Shown: piece by piece, positions 40,323 to 50,870 of the stretch
Position numbering within the stretch: the stretch's first letter is position 1
Layout of the letters: the number at the start of each line of letters is the position of its first letter
DNA from: Antedon mediterranea
Taxonomy: Eukaryota; Animalia; Echinodermata
Length of the DNA stretch: 64,000 nucleotides
NCBI RefSeq assembly: GCF_964355755.1
Contig: NC_092675.1
Location: 9,729,812 to 9,793,811 of the forward strand
Direction of reading: 5' to 3'
Translations under genes and position numbers: made by a program
Notes under the pieces: model-generated
What the model saw: only the letters and a program-made list of their open reading frames with translations
What the model was told of the DNA's origin: nothing
Database searches by the model: none

Positions 40323-41261
40323 ACGATTTTTTTTTTCGTACATAAGTTGGGGACCCCTCATGAAACGTCACAAAATAAACATGAATAATTCATCAGTTAA
40401 ATTTGTTGTTCCGTGTGCACCCAAGCGTATAGCAACAAGAAGTTAATACACAACTGCGATACGATACTTTCTACAGTTATAGGCCTAGGATTCTAAGTCA
40501 ATTCACGTGATTGCCTTCGCGCACTCTTCTTCACACAAAATGTGTCGAGTCGAGGCTAATCGACAGCTAGGCAAGACATTAAACTGAGTAGTAATTCATT
40601 GGACATAGCCCAAAGAAAGCTTAGACCCACAAGAATAAAGAATGTGTATAATTTGTGTACTGTATTTTTTTAATTCTGCTATTTTATTATCAAACAATAT
40701 GCATGTACTCAAAGGAACTTTAAAAATGCGCGTATATGAACACATGAGATGGGAAGATTTGACCCACGAGAATAAAAAATGTATTTTTGTGTAATGTTTA
40801 TTGTTTAATTTTGCTGACTTATTACTCGGATTGTGTCATACCAAAGATAGTGTAACTATCTTTGGTCATACCTAACACACACACGTCACACACACCCACA
40901 CAGCTACTACTAGAATAGACATGGTTTAGAGACTAATAATTAGGCCTTATAGTATTAATAGAAACTATAATGTTAACACGTAATTCTTTAGTAATAAATT
41001 ATATTAAAAACACCATAAACTAAAGGCTGATTATTTCGACAATCCACACAAAACGCCGCTATTCTTCTATGAAATCGCACGCCGCAACAACAGCGGAGAT
41101 AGGCCTAGAATCGTACCGCGCACTTGTGTAATCACTTCTAGTTTTTGTTGCTATACGCTTGGGTGCACACGGAACAAGAAAATTTAACTGATGAATTATT
41201 CAAGTTTATTTTGTGACGTTTCATGAGGGGGTCCCCAACTTATGTACGAAAAAAAAATCGC
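40323..41261. mobile_element. 939-bp non-autonomous Mutator (MULE)-like element
   Basis: ~120-bp TIRs (cgattttttt..cgtacataagttggggacccc..ccgtgtgcacccaagcgtatagcaacaa and its reverse complement); 9-bp direct repeat GGCCCGTGC at 40314-40322 and 41262-41270. Confidence 0.82.
40842..40864. other. 23-bp palindrome with 7-bp TSD; probable P-element excision footprint or minimal element
   Basis: GTCATAC-CAAAGATAG-TGTAA-CTATCTTTG-GTCATAC; CAAAGAT matches the P-like ends at 33277 and 38534. Confidence 0.65.
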
Positions 41262-41947
41262 GGCCCGTGCATCATTTTGCAATAGTTATTGAGTTAATTT
41301 TAAACTGAGACTACTATAACATAACTAATTGCTATCTCAGGTTTTAAATAAATTATAATAACAAATGAACATGGCGAATGATGGGTACATAATGCAGTAG
41401 TCCTAGTATGAATTGTATCAGAATTGACTATCATAATCTGTTTCATGTCATGACTGTAGGCTTAAGCCTATGATTGTTTAGAAATATATTCCTAAAAATT
41501 ACTGCAATAAAATAGTCGAAGTAGTGATTTTCAAAAAGTGACTTCTTGTTCTTTTTTAATTGTTTATAACACACTATTTGACTACTATATTTTCCTAATC
41601 TGTACTGTTTTGCTGCTGGATGAAAAGGAAGAACATATCAAGAACAAAAACGGAATACTTTTTTATTTATTTTATTTTATTCAATTTTCAGGCACAAAAA
41701 AACATGACAACAAGACAGCGGTGCAGCACCCTGAGGATTGCCATGAGTGCAAAGCACTATCGAGATGGCTCTCCATATACTGCACTTGAACAAATAAGTA
41801 AACCATAAAAAGACAAAGATATAAAAATTTAAAATTGCGAGGCATCAAGTTGAACAATCATTAAAATTGAATCTAAAAAATATATATATATAAATATTAT
41901 GTACAGATAAAAATGATTGTTTAAAGATAAAAAAAAAAATAAAAAGT

Positions 41948-44900
41948 TTAAAGTTGCCTGACATAAGACCGGAGAGCTGTCACAAATGTGTTAAAACTAA
42001 ATAAAGAATGTTCTCTAATATAATTAGGAATCTCTTGCCATACACGGGGAAAATTAGTGTACAATGAATATTTAAAAGAATTGGTTCTGGCATATTTGTG
42101 TTTAAAAATAACTGATTCGGAATACCTTGGATTAAAATCAACAAAATCGTGAATATTAAGATCAATTCGACCATACATACATTTCATAATAAAAAGTATA
42201 CTGAGAAAACACACTCTCTGGTCCATAGATGGCAAATTTAAATGTTCGAGCCGTTGCTCGTAATCGCCCTTAGCACACAATTTTGTGATCCTTCGAAGAG
42301 GTTTATTTATGCTAGTAATATGTTGTTTTTGATGAGGCACCCAAACAGGGGCAGCATACTCAAGTATGGGCCTACATAAACCGTTAAAAAGCCTCATCAA
42401 AATTACAGGGTCGTTAAATATCACAAAACGCTTTATGAATCCGACAATTTGAAGAGATTTTGTGGTAATTGCGGACACATGCGTTGACCAAGAGAGATTG
42501 CTTTCAAAGTGAATACCAAGATATTTGTAGGAGGTAACTGCTTGAAGGTCATTAGTGTGAATATGATAACGAGCATGAATGGGATTACGTTTGCGAGTAA
42601 TATGGAGAACTTTGCATTTTTTAGCATTAAGTCTCATCATGTTATTTTGACACCATTCATCGATGTTATCTAGATCTTTTTGAAGTAATATCGCATCATA
42701 TTCACATCTAATTGGCCTGAACACCACCGTATCGTCGGCATATTGTCTAATTTGAGAGGTGATCGACATAGGGAGGTCAAAAACGAACGAGTTGAAAAGT
42801 AATGGGCCAAGTACCGACCCTTGAGGTACACCTGAAACAACTTGTGTACGGTCAGATATCAGTCCATTAAGGACAATCTGTTGGCAACGATCAGTAAGAA
42901 ATGAGCCCATCCATTTCAAAATTGGACCACATAGACCAAAATTGTGGAGCTTACGTAATAGTTTAGGGTGACTCACACGGTCAAATGCTTTTTCCCAATC
43001 AAGGAATATAGCATCGACGACTGGTGGGTTCGTACCATCTAATATTTTGGACCATTCGTGGTATATGGATGAAGCTTGTGTAATACAAGATCTTCCAGGA
43101 TAGAACCCGTGCTGTACAGGACTAACAAACGCATTACATTGAAGATGAAATAAAAAATGATCAGCCACAATACGTTCTAGAACTTTGCCAACAACTGAAC
43201 AAAGTGATATTGGTCTATAATTACTTATATCATTTCTACTACCAGATTTAAAAATTGGTACAACATTGGCCAATTTCCATTCCTTCACCACAATGCCTTG
43301 GTCAAGGGACATTTGAAAAATTTTAAGCAAAATTGGGGATATAACAGGTGCAGCCATACTCAACATCATAGGGGTAATCCCGTCGGGCCCAGGGGATTTA
43401 TTAGTATCTAAAGATAACAGGGCACGGAAAATTTGATCCCTATTGATGACAATACTAGTTAAAGGTAAGACAATTTCACTGTGATTACAATAAGATGTTT
43501 CGTTTGTTACATTGAAATCATCATTATCTTCAGTAAAATTAGAATGAAAATATTTCGAAAATGCTTTAGTAGCATTTAAATCTGAATCTATGATATTGCC
43601 GTTTAAAGTATACTTTCTTTCTGTTGCACATTTTCGTTTTTTCTTAACATATGACCAAAATCGTTTAGGATTAGATTTACAGCCTAAACTAAGATTATGG
43701 AGGTAATCATAATGAGACTTTCTCGTAGTTTCACGCAATGCGTTACTAAATTTTCTGTATTTTTCCCACTTATACATGTTATTCGGATGTTTCTTTGCAT
43801 CTCGATAAAGGCGTCTCTTTTTACGAGACATTTTAATAATTTCAGTTGTTATCCAGATTGATTTTCTGCGAGGTTTGCTTTTAGCTTTGGGTATGCAATC
43901 ATCAATTGCGGCAAGAAAAAGGTCTTTAAAACAAGCCCAAGTGGAATCTAAGTTAAGCTGTGTAAAGCAGATATCCCACGGGACTGAATTAAGAGTTTGG
44001 AAAAAATCATCATGATTAACCTTTTTATATTGATAAAAATATCTAGGAACTTGTTTAGGACAGACCAACCGTCCAGCTAAGTCAAAGAAGATACCTATAT
44101 GATCACTTGTACTAATTCCAGGTTCACCTGTGACATTATGAATAATGTCATTATTATTACAGAACACAAGGTCTAACATAGAATGTGATCCATTATTTGC
44201 ATATCTGGTAGGAAAATTTACAAGTTGAACAAGATTAAGAGATGACATTATATTTTCAAACTCAATATTACAGTTCGAGTTCGAACCAAAGTCATAATTG
44301 AAATCACCAGCGATGATCACAGCAGTATATTTGTGCATGATGGAGAGTATATTGTCTGAGAGTTCTTGAAAATTGGTTAACCATTCTCTTGATGAACTCG
44401 GGGGTCTATAAACACAGCCAAGCAGAATACTTCCTCCAGATACATGGATTTCAGCCAGTTGAACCTCAATATTAGTGTCAATGTCCACAGATAATACATC
44501 TATAGAATGTTTGCATGCTATCAGAACACCACCACCGTGTCTGTTTCTGTCGTTTCTATGAACACAGTAATCTAACGGGAAAATCTCTGCACTCTTAATC
44601 GTTGGATCCAACCATGTTTCAGTCAACAACACTATATCAACATTATTTTCTATCCGTACTTGAAGATCCTGGATTTTATTAGCAATACTTCGGGCGTTGA
44701 ACATAGCGATTTTTATGTTGTTGGGTCGGTGGATTTCGTTTAAATCTTTCATTCTGGAATTCATTGGACCTGGATTTGTTTCAATATCACCAGCAGACAA
44801 GATATCAATACTAAAACATGCCGTATGGTTACTGTAATAAGCGATCGGACGTGAGAAAAACTTACGACTTTTAGGCTGACGACAAGCAGTTCCACACTGA

Positions 44901-45079
44901 CAGTCAGGAAGGTATGCAAACTCTATTGTATTGTGTTTCACACCTGACCACTGATCGTTGTTGTTGACAGTTCGAAAAACAATAGGCCTAGCACTTGTGG
45001 CGTCGTTGACGAACCCGTGAAAAACGTAGTTTTTGTTGTCATAAACACACCGATCGTTGAAATTTACTCCATTGAACAT
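41948..45079 (-). CDS. Non-LTR retrotransposon protein: leader - 2A - APE endonuclease - reverse transcriptase (1043 aa, intact)
   Basis: APE motifs NARS, LTETWL, DRNRHGGGV, YRPP, AGDFN, LDLVF, SDH; RT motifs NYRPISL, FLDWEKAFD, GVPQGSVLGPLLF, YADD, YLG. Confidence 0.95.
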   Translation of the reverse strand: MFNGVNFNDRCVYDNKNYVFHGFVNDATSARPIVFRTVNNNDQWSGVKHNTIEFAYLPDCQCGTACRQPKSRKFFSRPIAYYSNHTACFSIDILSAGDIETNPGPMNSRMKDLNEIHRPNNIKIAMFNARSIANKIQDLQVRIENNVDIVLLTETWLDPTIKSAEIFPLDYCVHRNDRNRHGGGVLIACKHSIDVLSVDIDTNIEVQLAEIHVSGGSILLGCVYRPPSSSREWLTNFQELSDNILSIMHKYTAVIIAGDFNYDFGSNSNCNIEFENIMSSLNLVQLVNFPTRYANNGSHSMLDLVFCNNNDIIHNVTGEPGISTSDHIGIFFDLAGRLVCPKQVPRYFYQYKKVNHDDFFQTLNSVPWDICFTQLNLDSTWACFKDLFLAAIDDCIPKAKSKPRRKSIWITTEIIKMSRKKRRLYRDAKKHPNNMYKWEKYRKFSNALRETTRKSHYDYLHNLSLGCKSNPKRFWSYVKKKRKCATERKYTLNGNIIDSDLNATKAFSKYFHSNFTEDNDDFNVTNETSYCNHSEIVLPLTSIVINRDQIFRALLSLDTNKSPGPDGITPMMLSMAAPVISPILLKIFQMSLDQGIVVKEWKLANVVPIFKSGSRNDISNYRPISLCSVVGKVLERIVADHFLFHLQCNAFVSPVQHGFYPGRSCITQASSIYHEWSKILDGTNPPVVDAIFLDWEKAFDRVSHPKLLRKLHNFGLCGPILKWMGSFLTDRCQQIVLNGLISDRTQVVSGVPQGSVLGPLLFNSFVFDLPMSITSQIRQYADDTVVFRPIRCEYDAILLQKDLDNIDEWCQNNMMRLNAKKCKVLHITRKRNPIHARYHIHTNDLQAVTSYKYLGIHFESNLSWSTHVSAITTKSLQIVGFIKRFVIFNDPVILMRLFNGLCRPILEYAAPVWVPHQKQHITSINKPLRRITKLCAKGDYEQRLEHLNLPSMDQRVCFLSILFIMKCMYGRIDLNIHDFVDFNPRYSESVIFKHKYARTNSFKYSLYTNFPRVWQEIPNYIREHSLFSFNTFVTALRSYVRQL
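44765..44791 (-). other. 2A-like (StopGo) ribosomal skipping motif GDIETNPG|P
   Basis: Residues 97-105 of the ORF match D(V/I)ExNPGP exactly and are preceded by hydrophobic FSIDILSA. Confidence 0.88.
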
Positions 45080-47304
45080 ATTGGTTACTATTGATTAAAA
45101 TTATGTAGTAAAACCAAAGGTATAAAATCGAAAATTCCTTGATTTTCCGCAGACCGTAAAACGGTGCTGTGTGAGTCATTGTCATTGTCGAAATACGATG
45201 CGCTTAGTGTTGTTAATACCAGAGGGACCGCCTCGCATAAATAAGTAGTAGTGATGTGAGTGATGATTACTCCTAGATGATGATTTTGAGGATGATGATA
45301 AACATTCAATAATAACAACATTATTCAGTAATTAAAACAAATAGAGATATACAAAGTACAGGAAATAATTTATTATAATTTAATCGCACATTACCGCAAT
45401 TATTGTGATGAAAAAAATTGAGTACACCACAGTGTTGCACTCTTAGATAAGTCCCTATAGTAGTACAAATTTGGAATAGGAAAGTGAAGAATAATTATAA
45501 TACGATGTTTATCAGATCTGGCTCAAATGGCATGGTACACGTGATCAATGAGAAACGATATGAAAACACGTAAAAACGCATCGAATATCGTTATCACGTA
45601 CGTAACGTCACGCTACACATAATGTGTGACGTAGTACGCGAGTTTTACCCATACGCATACGTATCCAAATTGCCTATTGACAAAAAAACCGCAGTTAATT
45701 CATCAATAATGCCGTATTCGTTTTACTTATAGATTGGCAGCAGTAATTAGTGACTGTATCAGTTAAGTACACATATTTTATCTTTGTTTTAGTAAAATTG
45801 GATAAAACAGAAGGGGACCTGACAGTGTCTAGACAATTACATTTAAAACAGCATTATGTGTCGGGATACCCAATCACATTATGATTTCATGACTTTGACA
45901 ACATAAAACGAAAAATTCAGAATAATTAAAACAAAGGATCGGCTTTACATGTTTGTACACGCTTTATATATTAGTGAGTGTTTATCATCTGTGACATTCA
46001 TCTCTGTACATATGTAAAAAAAGTAAAAACAATTACCGTATATCATGGATTGAATAATTAATGATAAAGAAGGATTTGAATCAATCTGAGATAAAAACAA
46101 AATGTATTTTGTTGCAGACGCGCGGACCGCCTACACATACATTTCAAGTAAATATAAAGCAGTCCGACTGCGCATGGATTGATGGGTGGGTACGATTTTA
46201 TACCTTAAGATATCACCAATTTATACGCAACTTCGGAAAGTGGACCGACCGGCCGGCCGACCATGTCAGGGGAAACAGTATACTACATTTTAGTTTGGTT
46301 TATTTTATTTGTTTGTGTTCACATTAGCTCGAGTGCAGTTTGAAAAACACTAGAGTATTTTTCGAGTTAAGGCCAATTTACGAGAAGTTACGATAAGTGG
46401 TAGGCGGAAAACAAATTGAATTGAATGTATTTCTTTACCATTTACACAAAACGCAGTGCGGACGGGCGGTTGAGTGGAAACACACTCAGGATAGATACAG
46501 ATCCTACATCGGACAACCTGCGCGCTTTCGCGTGTTCAATTTAAGATCCTGCTGCTGGTGTTCCGATGACTAAAATAGTTGCGCTCCCAAATACGTCTCA
46601 GAATGTTTGACTATCAAGGAGAACGCGAGAACTAAGATCTAGTCATCAGGTGCTACTGGACATTCAATTCAATTCACAATTCAATTTCAATTCAATTCAC
46701 TTTGATTTCAGAAAAAGTCCATATCATAACACATAACGATATTCTAATAAATAAATGTAAGTAAGTAAAAAATCTATACCACATGTCGCACATAATAATG
46801 CCGTCGTAAAACCGTTGGTTTTCAACTGGAGTGAAATAACATTATAATGGCTATACTGATACAAGTTAACATACGTAAAGGTATACATGGAATTAGGTAT
46901 ACAGAAATTCAATCCATTTTCTGTGCAACTTTGAATCTTTAAGAATTAGAGAAAAAACACATGTTATTAGAGGTGTTACAGCTTTTTTCAATTTTTGTTT
47001 TGAAACAAAAAATTGATTTCCAAATGTACTCATAGAAGGAGGGAACATGGTTATCAACAAACACTGCACTAGTACTACAGCTCCTTGAGCGTTTTAAAAT
47101 CTTTCTAAATGCGTTATTATATAAAAGACCTGTAATGACTTCATAGTTTTTACATTAAAATCACACCATAAGGCCGCACAATACATAATACTAATACAGT
47201 ATGACTTAAACAAAGTAATCTTAACATCCGTTGAGCATTTACTAAATTTTCTACAAAGAGAGTTACCTCTAATACATAATGATCGATACTGCCTTTTAAT
47301 ATCC

Positions 47305-49111
47305 AGTTCGTCCCTAGTATCATCAAGAAAGTAAAGCAGTATCCAAATAATAAAACCTGGCTGACCAAGGAGGTAAAAATAGCAATCGTCGAAAAGAAGC
47401 TAGCGTTTGCTAGTAAAAACAAAATTAAGTTAAAAGAAGCACAGAAAAGGCTTGATATGGCTGTAAAAAGAGGCAAAGAAAAGTTCAGAAACAGATTAGA
47501 AAGGAATATAAATAATAGGCAGACAAGGAAAGCATGGAAAGACATAAAATATATAATTGGAGGATCAAACAAAACATGTCCTCCCAAACTTTTACCAGGA
47601 TACAATGATCTGCAACTAGCTGAAGAATTCAACTTATTTTACAGTAGGTTTGATGCTCATGACTTTAAGTCGCAGTTAGCGGATACCTGCAAGAATATTG
47701 ACGTAACTGATGATGCAGATTACTTCACAGAGAATGATGTTGTCAACCTTCTGAAAAAAACAAATGCAAACAAAGCTGGTGGCCCAGACAAGTTATGTGG
47801 AAAACTTTTGAAAGAGTGCGCTGCTCAGATAGGACATGTCTTTCAGAAACTTTTTGAATGTTCTCTCCGTACAACCACTATCCCTGCAATTTGGAAGCAC
47901 TTTTTGATTGTACCTTTTGCCAAAATAAATAATGTTAAAACTCTTAATGATTATAATAGACCAATTGCCCTAACGTCCCTGGTTATGAAATGCATGGAAA
48001 GAATAATTAGTAAGCGTGTTAAAGATCAAAGTGACCACCTGTTAGATCCTATGCAATTCGCATATAGAGCACACAGAGGGACAGACGATGCCACAGCCAC
48101 TCTCATCCACAACACTCAACAACATCTCGACAAGAACAACACATTCACACGCCTTCTTTTCATTGACTTTAGTTCCGCCTTCAACACAATACAACCTCAC
48201 ATTCTCCTGTCCAAGCTTATTAACATGAATATAAACTCATCTATCATTCTCTGGATAAAAGACTTTTTAACAAATAGATCACAACAAGTTAAATTCGGAA
48301 ATCAACAACCACATTCACCAGTACAGGCTCACCACAAGGCTGCGTTCTGTCTCCCCTGTTATACATTCTGTATACAAACTACTGTATAAATGCCACTGAC
48401 TCCTGCCGTTTGATAAAATATGCCGATGACACTTGCATAGCTGGTAACATTAAAGATGCTGAATCGCTTTTGAACTATTTTACCGAAATAAAGTTATTTA
48501 CAGAGTGGTGTAAAGAAAACTATCTTATTTTAAATTCTAAGAAAACCAAAGAAATGATTATCGATTTTAGAAAGAAACAAAGTAATCATGCTGATGTAGT
48601 AATTGATGGTGAATGTATAAAAGTTGTCAAAGAATACAAATACTTAGGAACAATCATAGATGATAAATTAAAATGGAGCAAAAATACAAACATGCTATAT
48701 AAAAAGGGTCAGCAACGACTGCACCTAATGCGTCAACTTAAGAAATTTAAAGTAGATAACAAAATTCTAACCATGTTTTACAAATCGATGGTACTTAGCG
48801 TGATATCTTTCTGTTATGCTGTGTTGGGAAATAGTCTCAATGTAAAAGACAAGGGAAAACTATATAGAATCGTACGAAGAGCTAGTAAAATGCTAAATAT
48901 CCCTGAAACAGATCTTAATATAAGATTTGATGGGTCAGTGTTATCACGTGTAAAACGAATAATGGCAAATACAAACCACCCATTATATGCCGAGTATAAC
49001 TTTTTAAGGTCAGGGTGCCGTTTACGGAGTATTCTCTCACGAACCACGAGATATAGTAAATCGTTTGTTCCAAGTTCAATTAAAACTTTTAATAAGCAGT
49101 GCAATAGATAA
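47305..49111 (+). pseudogene. Reverse transcriptase of the Rex1/Babar-like LINE, one frameshift near 48300-48320
   Basis: ORFs 47457-48389 and 48410-49111 join through the shifted STGSPQGCVLSPLLYILYTN segment. Confidence 0.85.
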
Positions 49112-49301
49112 ATATACAATTATGAATGGACTGATTTTGCGATATTTTACTTTTTTAAAGAGAGTATTTTTTTATGATATTTTAATATTGTACATACTTA
49201 CTTCAATAATTTTCAATAATCTGATATTCGGCTAGTCTTTCTACTACACCATGTATTAAGATTTAGTTTAAGTTACGTGTGCTTTTTCTATATTTAAATT
49301 G

Positions 49302-50870
49302 TTTAGTTATCCGCATTCAGCGGATAACTCCTTGTAACTGTCCTGTTTCATCATCTTTTTTTTTTTTTTTCTGTATTCTTCTTTCTTTCTGTCATTTTTG
49401 TGTCACGCATATCTCAAAAACGTGTAAACATAACATTTTATAGCTTTGTCCACATGTGGGCATTCACGTGAAGTTGTGCACCTGCTATTGTGAATGACGT
49501 GACTTACGCGCGTTTTTATGAGTTTCGCGTTTTTAATATTTATCAAAAACCATGTAACAACGTAAATTGAAACTTAACAAAAGTTTAATTTATATCTTGC
49601 GCTAGCTGACTGTGGAAAAAAAATGGCATGTTGCACACGAAGTTACGCGCGCACGCGCGTTTGAAATTTCAAAATGCGAAGAATCAATTTCTAATCAACT
49701 TTCTACGCGTTTCATGTCATTTTGAGCATGTAAAAAATTCCCACGCGGGCGCATTTTTTTACGCGTATGGTGCGAACGTAGTGTTGAAAACAATTTCTTT
49801 TGTGTGATTTATGTTTTCGAGCCTTTTTTAGTAATTTTACCAACTTTTAAACAATTTTGAATTAAAATTACGTCATACAGGCACGTTGAATTGGATAATT
49901 TACGTGCGTTTTTTATGAAAAAGTTCAAAAATTTGTCAAAATTATACCTTTTTTTAAACAATCATAGATTCTAAACTACGAGGTGAACTTTTTTTTAATT
50001 ACATATCCAGGAACATGATAAGTTGTAGATATGGAATCATACATTGATATGGCAAACCGGTCATTGTGACGTCATCGTATGACCACGCGAATATAAAATA
50101 TAGGATTTTTGTATCTTTTGTCATAGCTCATCACATTTAATAGAGTGCATATCCACTTATCTGTTTTCCATTTTCATCCCGATTATTATATTTTCTAGGT
50201 CAATCAACTATCTTACGCATGAGCTAAAAATATTTTAATTTTTATGACGTCATCATGTCTAAAAATGTAAATAACGTGGGTCACTTATATTTATCTTTAC
50301 AGTAAATTTTAATCTGTTATAGCTCATCAGAATAAAAAGTGATAATCATGATTAAAACGTTTTCTGGAAGCTATTGGATTGTAGATACGAATTCATGTGA
50401 ACATTTTGCCAATCAGATGCTGTGACGTCATCATATGTCCAGTTGAATATAAAAAGTCGTATTTTTATATTTTGCGTCATAGTTCATCACATTTAAAAGA
50501 GCGCGCATCTACATTTTACGTATTCAAATTTCTTCTACACGTTAATATGTTGTTGCTGAGATAATTTCCTTCCGAAATTGCTATCTTAGTTTTTCATTTT
50601 GATACCGTCACCATGTTAAAAATTGGAATAAATAGCTGGTCCCAGCTATACACTGTATGTAGTATACAGATTATACCGTTTGCACTGTATATACCATATG
50701 ACACAAAATTGACAGAATTCAGCACTAAACAGCATATCATATTCTTCAGTTCAGGTCATGATTATATAATCTTTTTCTGTGTGCAAACTGTCAACGTATG
50801 ACGTGCACGTGGCGGCGTTTGTGTGGTGCGGATAACTAACTCGTCAAAGTGACGAGTTACATGTCTAGTT
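49302..50870 (+). mobile_element. ~1.57-kb HINE (non-autonomous Helentron) in the LINE 3'UTR
   Basis: 5' subTIR TTAGTTATCCGCA (49303-49315) with adjacent inverted GCGGATAACT; 3' subTIR TGCGGATAACTAA (50827-50839); 10-bp hairpin TAACTCGTCA-AAG-TGACGAGTTA; end CTAGTT. Confidence 0.78.

Larger units (their letters stand above)
41660..45321 (-). mobile_element. CR1-group LINE, apparently near full length
   Basis: Intact APE-RT ORF; ~290-nt 3'UTR ending in an (AATAA)n tail at ~41660-41682; 5' boundary uncertain, no TSD found. Confidence 0.85.

Noticed and set aside
47150-47632. 160-aa hydrophobic minus-strand ORF (also 48814-49119)
   Set aside because: Antisense of the A-rich Rex-like RT running into an off-frame RTEX-like segment; not a gene.
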